A DNA stretch of 64,000 nucleotides from Xylographa opegraphella. Lineage: Eukaryota. The stretch lies in NCBI GenBank assembly GCA_022813865.1, contig JALDZX010000006.1, positions 310,001 to 374,000 of the forward strand, written 5' to 3'. The position numbers and the translations under genes were made by a program. Below, one piece after another: positions 1 to 12,463 of the stretch. Under the pieces are notes generated by a model. It searched no databases. It was not told where the DNA came from and saw only the letters and a list, made by a program, of their open reading frames with translations. Numbering within the stretch: the first letter of the stretch is position 1; each line of letters opens with the position of its first letter.

Positions 1-3000
1 AGGAGGCAGAGCACCACACCTCTCACGAACTAATTGAAGCATTGTAACAGCGAGGCCTCGACGATCGAGGCCGCTAGAACTATGCTAAGTCTTACTGTGC
101 GGTGTTTAGCGCTCTACTAAGACTATGTTGGTTTTGAAGAATGAGGATGATGGTGTGACGAAGATATCGTGAGAATGCCGAAGGAGGGTTGTGTCGACGT
201 GTGAGAGGAGGAGATTCTGTGCCACGACGGTGCGTGAATCAGCTGCAAGGAATCGGCTAAAATCCATTGTTCGACCATGATATGCGCTAGGCTCCGAATG
301 CTCTCTTGTGTCCGCCGCGCCGCATGGCATCCATGCCGGCTTTAACCTTAAAAGCTAATCCGCGGAGCGATGGGAGCCGAGCGTACTATACAGCTAGTCT
401 AGTGCCCGGTACTGCGCTATATGTCCCGTTCCTTACCGTACCTTACTCAGCCACCTCGGACCTTGGCTTACCTTAGGGTGCTGTGTGGTGAGACCGATGG
501 CATTATCAAGACATATCCAAGAATTCAGCTTCCAGAGGTCGATCGACGCCGCAGTCGTACAGTATCTTCACCAGCTGATCACATGCATGTTGAGCCCGTG
601 GGTGTGGATCTCTGACACCGTCTTGATCAGCGCCATCCGAAGAATCCGATTCGACCACTAAATCTCTAAAATGTGGTAAATGCGTAGTCCCCTGATACTT
701 CCCCAAAGAATCATATGGTATATCTGGGAGTACCTTCTCTCTCTCTCCATATCCTCATCTGTCATCCTGTTATCATGACTAACTCAACTATCATTACTTT
801 CTATCTACCGGACGCGGTACCTATCCAGTACCAATGGCTTTCTGAGTACCATATATTGTCATTCGCAAGACTGCTCGTCGCCTGTTTCGTCTTCGGCCTC
901 CCTTTTCTGCTGTCCTCTGTCTACAGTTTCTTCGCCATTCCTAAGGGCTACGAGGGTATCAGCAACGAGGAACTTGAGAGATATGATGAGAAGGGCATGT
1001 CACTCTGCTTTCCAGACTCGCCAGGCTCCGAGGTCAGGCAACGTACCTTCTCCAGCCTGTCTGTAACTTCAGACACTTGGCACGGAAACACTCTATATCA
1101 GCAGTCCTGGACTACAGAGGTTCTATTGAGCGGTTGTCTATAGAAAGCGCTGTGGAACTCGGTTTCTTCTCCGGGACAGTTTACCACCTACGCGTCTTAC
1201 GCTTTCACACGCGAGTTGCGGTCCACTTTCAACGACCGCCATACCCCAAAGTTCTCCGACCCAAATCAAGCACAATCAATTGATCAAGGTGCCGAGTTCC
1301 AACATGGCCAAGAAAGGACGGGCGAATACAGTTCGCGTTCATTAATGATATCTTGACGAGTAGGGGTATTTGGGTTGACACATGGGTTGAAGTTTGATGT
1401 AGCTCTAGAAAAGCGCACCTTTCGAACATTCCAAAGCGGAGCTTTGGTGAGGGAGACAGCCTGCAGCTCTTCATGCTCAGCATAGTGCAGAGTATAGAGA
1501 GGGTCACGGGGAGGGTACTGGGACTATGCAGCCGAATCGCATCAATTACCGCATTTCGTAACGATATCGCTGAGATGAGCAAATCATACCTGCCTTTATA
1601 ATCATCACGACATTAAGGGGTGTTTATTTTCTGACATTACTGATCTTTGCTGGCTCTTTGCCATGTGATTTGTGAAGCTTACGTCGGCTTATCAACCTTC
1701 CAACATTCAGTCTCCACTAGTAAACCGCCGTATGGTCGCCGCAAAAAGATGCATGGACAGCCTTGGCCTTCGTTGACGACTTCGGCAATACGTCTGTACA
1801 AAATGTAGACCTCAAACAGAGCGGCGCCAGGCATCTTCGGATTGCAAGAATTATGCCACGCCGAACCATGTCCACTTGCAGCTCGCGAAGGAGGACAACG
1901 CCGCCGTCAAAGCCATGAGGCCAAGCACCTGGGTCACTGCTTGAAATCCTGGCAAAAAGCTGGACGGGGTGAATGCCAAATCGAGTTTAGGTAAGAATCT
2001 CTCCGGACTTTACAACAATCATCGAAACGCAATATATTGAATGGATTGCTGGGCTCCACTGCGGCGGTTACACAGGAGACAAAAAAGGAAGCTCTTCAAT
2101 TGCTGGAGTGGATGCATCAGTGTAAGGATGAGGCATGACAATCCAAGTAGTGTTCAGCTCGGAGGACTAAGACCCAACTGTTGTCATATCATTGGATCCA
2201 CAGTGAGCGTCCAGAGCGGCGGCACAGTTTTCAAGGTGTGTAACTCGAATGAGGCTGAGGCCGCCGGGACGCCTGAAGGTTGGTGAAACAAGTGGTTGAT
2301 TTAAGTTTTGGATAGGACCTAGCGCTAGAGTCGACGCTAAGCTGATCTTCACGGTAAATGCACAGCTAGCCTCCGTTAGCTGTAATATTGCTCGGGGTTG
2401 GACTGCAGGCCCAGAATGAGCCATTGGCAGTCACGAAGCCACAATCTTCGACCGATCGGCGAGTTTGACCGCTGCGTAAACCTGATCGATTGCGGTATAC
2501 GGATGGAGAGGGGAAAACTACCTTAATGTCATAGGTATACGGGCCACAAAGCGGCAGTCTGGCCGCGGATACACAAACAGCGAGCTATGGACACACTATC
2601 GCAGCCTCCAGTATAGTCTACCACGGGAATCATCATCGGCACCTTGCTGCAATGCTACAGTGGAACGGCCCGTCCGAGCTTGACCGACCCAAACCGCAAT
2701 ACCAGTAAGGTAGTCTCTCCTTCCCTCGGGACAGCTAGTATCGTATCAATTAAGCAACAACGGCGAATACGAATGTCAGAATCCTTACCGCCGTATTCTC
2801 AGGACCTTCTGTTTTCTGGCCGGGCTTGCGAGTCACGTCCCGTCTGATAATGGGATCTCTTTGCTTCATACGGTGCTACTCCAAGGATAATAACAATCCA
2901 GTGGGGGCGGCGCTGTAGGGATGCGGGAGGGAAAGAGTGTGAGCTACTAGTACTAGGCTTGGTTCAAGCCTCCGCCGGGGGCGGTTGAACTCATTGTGTA

Positions 3001-3614
3001 CATTGGGATCATGCTGAGGTAGCCTGTCAAACCATAAGGATTGCGTGCACCTGTTCGTACTGATGATGCCACTACTAGTCGCTACAGGTTACGGGTGATA
3101 AGCACAGGGATGACAAAATGCTAACAAAGGCTCTTACACCGTTAGCTCGAAGCCAAGAATGGCGTAAGACACTGAAGAAAGGACCAAAATTTGTTCTTGC
3201 CGCACGCCGGCATCTCGAGGGACTTTCTATGGTCCTCCGGCAATAATGCCATCTGGACCTGGGAACATCAGCACAGTACTGCGCCTCTTTGATTGATTCA
3301 AGGTCTAACGCCCGGGGCAATGCCGACAACAGATTGGTCGGATCGAGTTCTGGCTCTGCCGGGACCGCGCTGTAGTTCCTGTAAGACTCGTCTGGAAAGC
3401 TGATGGCAATCCACTCATGTGGCCACCTGAGATCAAGAGACCGAGGTCGCGACACAGCCTATCTCTATATGGAATGCCTAGTGAAGAAGAGGGCGCGAAG
3501 TGGAGCAATCCGCTCCGTCGAATTGTTCTCGAGGTAATATAATGCTGTCCGGTACGTCGACCGTCTTTTCCTTGAGCATCTGAACAGGAGACGTCTGTGC
3601 CCTAGCCTTGTCCA

Positions 3615-5607
3615 ATGTCTTTCCCTATCGAACCTCAAGTGTCCAACGCTTCAGAACTATTCATTCCTCAATACACAAGCATATACTCGCTTCAAGCTCT
3701 GCCAACACCAGACGTGTCCTTGGTATCAATTTTCCTGACAAGCTCCAAGTCGATTCAGCTTCCGTCACTGGTGCTCCCTGTGGTCGGAGCAAACAGGGGT
3801 CACGCAGCGGCCATATACACCATCTGTCTTGTTATTCCCTTCCTTCTCTTCTACGTTGCAAGATGGGCGGTATATCTAGCTCAGCTATCAAGCCGAGAGG
3901 ACAGCAGAGTGCCTCCAACTGTTCCTTATATGATTCCATTTCTTGGCGCTGTCGTTAGCTTTGTGCTTAACCCTGCGCAGTGCCTCGAGGCTACCGTGTC
4001 AGTATATTTTTCCCAGTCATTTTCTAGGTTGGATAGGACTTCTGCTGATCGCTGTCTCACGACGCAGACGAGTTGTCGGACCACAAGCAACCTACGGCCT
4101 TAAAGTTCTGAATAATACTCTCTACTTTCTCAACGGTCCTGAGAACGTTGCAAGAATATGGAAATACAAATCCGTCATCACAACTCCAAATGTCCAGACC
4201 TTCGTGCTCATCAACGTATTTGGGATGGCCCGGAAAGCCGTCAAAATGTACAGCTTAGACAACTCCGGTATACAACCGGACCCAATCCATGGTACTAACG
4301 TCGCACCCCATAATCGCATCGACTATCTTACACATGCTGGGTTTCACAAACTTCTCAATGGCGTCCATCTGCCAAACTTTTACAGGCGATGGTCCTCAAG
4401 CTTTGTGCGTCGCTTGGAGTCCTTGTGCATTGGAAGTGAATGGAGGGAAGTGCCAGACATTATGCAGTTTTGGGAAAGCCCCTTGACCGCTTCGCTAAAT
4501 GAAGCTTTCGCTGGGCCGGTCCTTGAGAAGCTGAATCCGAATTTCACGGACAATTTCAACAAGTTCCTGCCCTATGTCCATGGCATGATGATGGGTCTTC
4601 CAAGATGGTGTATGCCCAAAGCTCATAAGCTTCGAGATGGCCTCAATGAAGACGTCAAACAGTGGCATGCTTTGGCTAGAGCACAATTCAAGGAATCCGA
4701 TATCGCAGAAGACGGTGACACGGACCCATGGTGGGGCTCTACTGCCATAAGAGAACGCCAGAAGATATTGGGTAACGTGGAGAACTGGGATTTGGATTCG
4801 ATAGCCGCTTCTGATTTCGGTCTTCTGTGGGGGTAAGCAGACGCCCTCTCATTCGCAAGCTTGTGAGAGTCCGTTTGGACTAATTGACCTTCCAGCGCAA
4901 ACATCAATGTTCACACCGCCGCCATTTGGACCATTGTTGAGGTCTTCCGCGACCCTTCTCTTCTATCCCGCGTACGTGCGGAGCTTGCCGCTGCCAATGT
5001 GACCGACATCACCTCTCCCGAAGATATCGAGAAGATCCTTGCTCTTCCCCTTATCCAATCAGTACACTCCGAGGTTCTTCGGTTACGTGTTGAAGTTCAA
5101 TCTGTTTTCACAAGTGAGAAAGAAGAAATACGCATCAACGAGTGGCGCTTTCCCAGGAAGAGTCTCGTCCTTGTACCGACCGGCCCAGCTCACAGAGACC
5201 CCAACTTCTGGAACACGCGTGACGGCCAATTCCCCCTCGACACTTTCTGGGCTGACCGCTTTCTCGCGTATCCCAACGACCCCCGCAGTGGTCCGATCCG
5301 CAAGAGCGAGGCAGCGATTGCAAAGGCGTCGCGGAAGCAGACACAAGACAACACGCCCAAATACATCAGCGCCGGGATGAACGACTCCTTTATGCCTTAT
5401 GGCGTTGGGGAGCGGACTTGCCCGGGACGGTTCTTCGCCAGGCGCGAGATCGTGGCGTTTTGCGCAAAGGTCGTCAACGAGCTCGATATCGAGATCACGT
5501 CGACGGAGAAGGAGTTCGCCATCAGCCCCGCCTTCTACGGGCTCGGTACCCAGCGGCCGTTGAAGAAGATTCCGTTCAGAATCAGACGTAGGAAGGTTGT
5601 GTCCTAG
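3615..5607 (+). CDS. Cytochrome P450, CYP7/CYP8-like fungal type (3 exons)
   Basis: Introns 3998-4067 and 4833-4895 (GT..branch..CAG) join three ORFs in frame. N-terminal TM segment followed by PPTVPYMIPFLG, ExxR (EVLR), ADRF and the heme motif PYGVGERTCPG. Confidence 0.93.
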
Positions 5608-6878
5608 ACGCGGGGGGATGTGCGTCGTGTACGATGGAGGACTTTGCTTGATCAGCTCTAGGATGGAGGATCGGGGCAGGAACCCGTCGGGAGATGCGGG
5701 ATGCATATGCGTGGACGAGGTGAATGCGAGGAGTACTTTTGATTTCTTCTGTACATAGACCTTTTCGTCCTGGTCATCACAATTCCTTTACAACTGTCCC
5801 GCCACACCGTAGCATCGCGTCTCCGAACGAGGTTTCTCCTGCAACGTAGGATAATCCCCACATTCCACTCAAACCGGGCCTCCTCCATCTCCCGTGGAAT
5901 CCATCGGCCCAAGAATCACCCCAATCTACAACTCAGCGACCATTCACCCAGCCTCCTCCAAAACCCTAAACCCCACAACCCCCATCACCAGGCCCTCTGC
6001 ACCACCCCAACCCGGCCCCAAGCGGCACAGCTGCAGCTCTGGAGCTCTGCAGCTACCTTACCTTATCCTCCAGTTCCAGCACCCAGCCCCACCGCCCCGC
6101 CCCTCTCGGCCCAAAGCTCCACGGACCACACACCACTGTTCAAGGTAAGTACCGTCTAGCACGCAACCGCGCCCGGCGAAGCCAGGGCTCGGCGCGAGTT
6201 TGATGTGCATGTGGACGGTAGTAGGCGGGTTGGGTAAAGTACTTTAGGATAAGGTAGACTACTGTACATACTTGGGCAGGGATGGGGAAACGGCTGCGCC
6301 GCGCCTAGCCGGTCGGTCGGGGCGTCATTCGTGCTGGGGGGGACTTGGTCTTGCTGTGGGTAAGGTACTCCGTACCGGCACCGGCGATGGCCGATTGCGT
6401 GCGCCCGGACCGGAGCTGCACGGCATGGCATGGCGCGTGCGGCGCGGGGGGGGNGGCCGTTGTTTCGGGTGCGGAGGGGTGGAGGGGCTTTGTTTTAGTG
6501 TGTACCTTAGTGTGTCTGTCGTAGGGGGGAGGGGGGGATGGTTTGAGGAGCCTGGGGTTCGGCGGGGGGAGGGACCGGGTATTGGGGTTGATGGCGTGAT
6601 GTGGTGCTGGGGTGGCCTTGAGGGGGGAGGTCCGAGGGATGAGGAGCGGGTGGGCTGGTTGGGATGTTGTTTTTCCTGGATACTAGGGTTTGCTGGTGGG
6701 AGGGCTTGTGTATCTGGTATTGGGAAACGAGGGATGGGGTGAAGAATGAGAGCTTGGAAGAGGAGTCTCCTCGGTTGGAAACGGCTTTTGTTAATGGAGA
6801 GGCATACATGAGCAGATGGCATGTCATTACGCATATACAAAACATCTTCAGATGGGAGATACCTCGATCTGATTACTA

Positions 6879-8630
6879 TCAGCTCTTCCCCTTCGCTGCT
6901 ACTTTCACTTTGCAAGGATAAAAGTCCGCGGGATGCCCTCCTCCACGAATGATCATGTATGCGCGCTCCCCGTTCACGTTCATTCCCTTTGGATTCCCCT
7001 TTTGCGAATCCCATTCGTCGTATGCATCCACTATGTCAAACTCCCGTATCGTCAAGGCCAGCATCACCTTGATCTCCACGAGAGCCAGCTCTTGCCCGAC
7101 ACAATTCCGCGGCCCTCGTTCGAAAGGGCGCCAGGCATTCTTGGTAGGATACAAGGGGTCACCCTCGGGTACGAGCCAGCGTTCCGGAAGGAATTCTTCT
7201 ACACGCGGCCAGTGGCGTGGATTGTGGTGGACACCGAAATGATTGCCCCATACTAGGCAGTGCTCGGTAGGATATTGACGACCCTCGGCGTCAGATAAGA
7301 AGAAGTCTGGCTGCCCGGCTCTGGGCGCCGATACAGCGGGGAACAGACGGAGGGCTTCCTTGATAACGGCCAGGGTATAATGAAGTTGATTGAGCAGATA
7401 GGGGTCCGAGGAGAGACGGGAAGCAGTGATGCCAAGATCGGTCCCGAAGACGGAATCGTGCTCGGCACGAAGGCAAGTGAGAGCGGAAGGATGTTTGGAC
7501 AGGAGATGGTAAACAAAGACTGCTCCTGCGGATGTGGTGTCGTGGCCGGCGAAGATGAACAGCTTGACTTGACTGAGAGCAAAATCCTTGAAGGTGGCAT
7601 CCATAGTGGTGGTAGACTTGTTCGCGGTGTCTTCGGCTTGGTAGGCTTTCAGAGCAAGGTCGATGACCGACTTGCTCTTGGCTTTCTCCTGAATGGAGTT
7701 ATATCGGCTATCGAGCTCGCGAGAGATATAGCGATTCATCCGCCGTGTGTTGTTCCAATGCACGATTGGGCGGATGATATTGATATACTCCAAAGGATTG
7801 ATCTCGATTCCATACGTACACCAGCTGAGCTGATTGCGGAGCGCCGAGGTCATGTCGTTGTATGTAGTCTGACTGTTGAATTTATGATCCCTGGAATGGT
7901 GGTTAGTGTAGCGGTACTATGCAAAATATGCCTTACGTACATGACTACTTTGCCAATTATATCTATGGTCAAATTGAGCGAAGCTTCTTCTAAACAAAAC
8001 ATGTCGCCTTGCTCTGCATGACCCCGAAGAATGTCTCTAAAGACTGTGACATCCTCTACCATACCGGGTACCAAAGTCATTATATGGTTCGCACTGAATC
8101 CAGGGTTAAAGGTCGCCCTCCATCGTTTCCATATTGGACCTTCCAGCGTCACTAAGTCCTGCTCACCGGTCAACGGCCTTAGGAAGTGACGCATGCCCTT
8201 ATCCTTAGGTAGGTTCCGGTCCTGCGTAAATTGGTACATCATATCTGGCGAAACAACTGCCAGAACCGGAGGACCGAAGGGCCACGTATCCAGGTAGAAT
8301 GCAGAGTCAAGATGAGGGTATCGCTGCCGGATCTGATCTGGAAGGTAGTTTCCATGTGCGTATGGAGGAAAGCTTCCGATGATGTTGGCACTGAGAGGTA
8401 TGTGTCCAAACAAAGGATGATGTGGTGGCATAGGCTACTTGACGGTCAGAAATACTCTCACCCGGCTAGAGTAAGATCTGTGTTCATACGAGACCTTGCT
8501 TTTGTAGACGCCTGAAAAATGTACGGACTCGATAGAGCTTGACAAGAAAAACCCCAACCGCAATAAGGACTACAGATGTGACGGAGGACAGCAGAGGCCT
8601 CTGGCCGAACATGATATCAAAGGCTGTCAT
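6879..8630 (-). CDS. Cytochrome P450 resembling the VerA/StcS-type family (3 exons)
   Basis: ATG at 8630 (MTAFDIMFG..TM), introns 8489-8435 and 7940-7891. Motifs AGHDTTS, EALR, PERW and PFERGPRNCVG. Family assignment from recalled similarity only. Confidence 0.93.
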
Positions 8631-9381
8631 AGTCGTGAAAACCACAAACGTGAGGCACCAACAGGAGAGATGTGAAGCTTCAATGTATCGAGTACCAGAA
8701 GCTCAATCGCTTATACGGAGATATGATAGCATGCGCTCAGCACGAATTGGTGGAAGTTGTATCACAATCTGCTCCCTGGAATGAAAACATAGGCTCTATC
8801 ATCGTCAGGCACAGCAGATGCCGGGTGTGGAAGGCGGAGTGGAAACAGCTGAAGCTGCGATTGAGCCGGGACCTCCCTTCCAATCGATACCTTAGTGTAA
8901 GATTCAATGCAGCAGGGGTGAGGCTGGAACGGCTGTTAGCGGCAAGCGGCGGTGCTAGACCCTTGCAATACCGCTAATATAGGTCATCCGAATATTTCAT
9001 CTCCGTGCCGATCCACGAATCCTGGATACTTTAGAGTTTGTTCTATCCGTACACACAGCCTCATTTTGTCCTACATCTTTCATCAAGCTTCGAAAGCTCC
9101 TCAAGCCTAGACTCCATGGCGGTTTCACATCGATACCCCACCCAGCCAGCAATGTTAGACCGCTTCCATTGCGGCAACCGGTGCATAGCAGTTATGGTCG
9201 CAGTAGCTCCGCTCCTCCGTCCGTGGCATTATCGCCGACCATGATGGTTCGCACTTTCGCAGCGGAGCCTGAGCAAACGAACATTCGAAACTACGTCTCT
9301 TTGTCGACAGTATACACGGGAGCAAAACAATCGCAGTAATATCACATCTGAATCCATTGCGAACACTCGTTGGTGAATTCC

Positions 9382-10581
9382 ATGATGAGTGAGACTCTGG
9401 GCACCTTCATCGTAACTGGTGCAACAGGCGGTCTTGGTAAGCTATGCCCCACCAAGAGTCCAATGAATGAGACTAAATTCTCACAAGGACGGGCAATCGC
9501 CCAGCAATTTGTACAATCGTACCATCCATACACCGGTATCTTCACTGTTCGAGACCCCCAAAATCCCAATGTGGAACCTCTCCTCGAAGTCCTACGTTCT
9601 AGTGCAAAGCAGTACTCTACAAGAGCGCTTGAGCTACGCAGTCTCTTCAGTGTTCGCCGTTTTGCTGCCGAAATAAATACCCAAGTTGCCTCTGGTGCAC
9701 TCAAACCTATAAGAGCTTTGGTACTCAACGCGGGATACCAATCGCAACTTGGCCAAAGGTTTACCAAGGATGGGTATGAAGTCACTTTTCAGGTCAATTA
9801 TCTCGCCAATTTCCTCCTCGTACTTCTCTTACTAGAAAGTATGGACAAGGAGAACGGAAGAATTATCTTCATCTCAAGTTGGACTCATGACCCCGCCAAT
9901 ACCTATAATAGAGGCCTGAAACTCAAGAAAACTATGTGGAGACCTTTTTCGGACCTCGCCAGACCAGCCCAGGCTGACGGAAAAGGGCTTGCCAACCAAG
10001 CTGGCATGAGACGCTACGCCGAGTCCAAACTCTGGTTGATGATGTTCATGTACGAGCTTCAGCATCGCATTGATGCTAACCAAGATTTGAGTGGCATATC
10101 AGCGCTCTCCGTTGATCCTGGTGGTATCTTTACCACGGATATAATGCGCAATAACCTATGGGTTTTTCGCGTTCCATTGAGAAAGATGTTCCAGGTCCTG
10201 ACCCCTTGCGCCCAGTGTGTGTCGCCAAATGGATACCTTCGCACTGCCAACAAATCCGCACGCGACGTCCTGAATGCATGTTTTGCGAACGACGAATCAA
10301 TGTTGGCGAAGTCCCCCAAGGCTCTGTACATCAACGGCTCAGCGGTAAAGCAGAGCAGTATGGAGTCAAGAGACCAGCAGAAGCAGCATTTGTTATGGGA
10401 AGGCAGCCTCAAGTTGGTTGATCTCGATCTGTCAGAAACCGCATTAATACAAGATCCGTATACCGGTCCTTTTACTTCTTCCATGGTGAAAGAAACTCGC
10501 ATCCCCAGATGTATGCTCAGCGACATCAAAAGAATCGCGAACACCAAGCGTGCCAGTAGAAGTCCCAAGATACAGTCGTGA
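9382..10581 (+). CDS. Short-chain dehydrogenase/reductase (SDR)
   Basis: An in-frame 51-nt intron at 9437-9487 restores TGATGGLGRAIA. Also LNAG, VNYLAN, catalytic YAESK and VDPG. Confidence 0.92.
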   Translation: MMSETLGTFIVTGATGGLGKLCPTKSPMNETKFSQGRAIAQQFVQSYHPYTGIFTVRDPQNPNVEPLLEVLRSSAKQYSTRALELRSLFSVRRFAAEINTQVASGALKPIRALVLNAGYQSQLGQRFTKDGYEVTFQVNYLANFLLVLLLLESMDKENGRIIFISSWTHDPANTYNRGLKLKKTMWRPFSDLARPAQADGKGLANQAGMRRYAESKLWLMMFMYELQHRIDANQDLSGISALSVDPGGIFTTDIMRNNLWVFRVPLRKMFQVLTPCAQCVSPNGYLRTANKSARDVLNACFANDESMLAKSPKALYINGSAVKQSSMESRDQQKQHLLWEGSLKLVDLDLSETALIQDPYTGPFTSSMVKETRIPRCMLSDIKRIANTKRASRSPKIQS

Positions 10582-11086
10582 TGTTGCAGTGGTTTCTGAG
10601 TGGGCTGGTTATTTCCTGATCCGATTAACCTTGTAACGTCTATGACCTGCTTCCCTACACGAAGACCGATTCCAAAGCAGCCTTGCATCACACCTTGTTG
10701 CAATTCTCTTCAATGAGACCATTGACTGGTCGCTGGTTTCTATTCCAAGCTCGCAAGTCATCCAAGACTTTGGGCATACAGACGCACCGCTGGAAGGAAA
10801 GGCTACCGAATCATCAGAAAGAGTCTTGTGCCTTATCTCGGGCTTAGAAGAACTGAGGCAGAAATTTTTTCTTTGAGCACAACAGGATCCCACGGAACTG
10901 CCAGTGCATAGCCGGAGATAAGATAATCTCAGGATTTACCGAGATCCACCGCAGTTGATATGACGTCGGAAATTGCGGAGAGTCTGAGCATTACGAGGAT
11001 TCTCTCACTACACACAACATTTCATTCTATTAAACGTGCACGATTTTGTACATTGGATACAATTCTTCTACGAATTTGCACTAACA

Positions 11087-12385
11087 ATGGCCGCCCAATC
11101 CTTACCTGATACCATGCTTGCCGCCCAAGTCATTGAATGTACCTCATTGCCTTTCACACTCCAAACCGCTCTCCATACTAATTAATGCGCACAACCAGTC
11201 AACAAGCCCTACCATATCCACTCCATCCCCACTCCCTCTCCTTCCTCACTACATCCTTCCGACCTCCTTGTGAAAATCGCCGTCGCTTCCCTCTGCCACA
11301 CCGACAGCATGGTCGTCCGGGGCTCCTTCCACTCCCCCTTGCCCATCACCGGCTCCCACGAGGGGGCTGGCACCGTCGTCGCCCTCGGCTCTGCAGTCAC
11401 TAACTTCGCCATCGGTGACCGCGTCATGTGCGGTCTGAAAACCCACCGCTGCGTGCAGTGCCGCACGTGTCGCGGCCCCGAGGAGTATCGCAATTACTGC
11501 CCGAACAACGATGGGGACTTGGGCATTCGGAGGGACGGAGCCTTTGCAGAGTATGCGGTTTGCGATGCGCGGGAGTCCAATCGCTTGCCGGACGGGGTGG
11601 ACTTTGAGCTGGCGGCGCCGTTGGCGTGAGTCTCCGCCGAGCGGTTTTTTTTTCCCTTTCAAAGAATCAAAGGGCGTGCCCGCTGATATGTCGTAGGTGT
11701 GCGGGGAGGACCATCTTCCGAGGCGTGAAGCAGGCTAGGTTGGAGAAGGGCCAGTGGCTCGGGCTGGTGGGATCTGGAGGGGGCTTGGGGCATCTGGGCA
11801 TACAGTTCGCGAAGGCGCTGGGCCTGAAGGTGATGGGCATCGATGCGCGGGACGAGGGCTTGGCGCTGAGCTACGAGTACGAAGCCGACGTGGTGGTGGA
11901 TGTGCGGAAGGGGAAGGAGGCGGTGGTGAAGGAGGTGATGAGGGCGACGGACGGGCTGGGCTGCCACGCGACGGTCAATATCAGCGACGCGGCCTCCGCC
12001 GCGGAGGTGGCGTGTGCGGTCACGATGATGCATGGCCGGATGATCCAGATCGCGCAGGTGAGTGGCTTGGGGCGGGGTGGTGGCGCTGGTTCGAGCAGGT
12101 TTGTGACTGACGCCGTGGTAGCCTGATATGGTGTCGGTGCCGATGCAGGAGTTGATCTTCCGGGATATACATGTCGAGGGCTCGCTGCTGTGCACGGTGC
12201 AGCAGGGGCAGGAGATGTTGGAGGTGGTGGCGAAGAACGGCATCACGGTGAAGACGAATCTGTTCTATGGGCTGGAGCAGCTTCCGGACTTGGTGCGGTG
12301 GGCGCATAGTGGTAGGATGCAGGGGAAAGGGTTGATTATAATGGATGAAGAGGCGGTGAAGAAAGAACATGAGAAGGCAGCGTAG
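11087..12385 (+). CDS. Zinc-dependent alcohol dehydrogenase (MDR family, 4 exons)
   Basis: Introns 11139-11198, ~11626-11696 and ~12058-12121. Motifs LCHTD, SHEGAG, CxxCxxC..C structural Zn site and GSGGGLG NAD-binding loop. Confidence 0.93.
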
Positions 12386-12391
12386 GTTTAA

Positions 12392-12420
12392 GTATGTATG
12401 TGTGTGTGTGTGTATGTATA
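12392..12420. repeat. Short (TG)n/TATG microsatellite
   Basis: gtatgtatgtgtgtgtgtgtgtatgtata lies between the convergent ADH and STK19-like 3' ends. Confidence 0.7.
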
Positions 12421-12463
12421 TCTGTGGGATTTCTAACCCCGGTTATTGGAAACATGAGAATGG

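Noticed and set aside
1..3500. Short ORFs, including 715-1143 with a hydrophobic stretch
   Set aside because: No recognisable motif or consistent exon chain. They may be relics, but I cannot support a call without a search.
5894..7014. Pro-rich and Gly-rich ORFs (5894-6148, 6272-6742, 6325-7014)
   Set aside because: They are by-products of C/G-skewed low-complexity DNA and show no recognisable domain.
7380..8021. Long antisense ORFs (also 5083-5706, 10059-10703 and 11659-12246)
   Set aside because: They are shadows of well-supported genes on the opposite strand.
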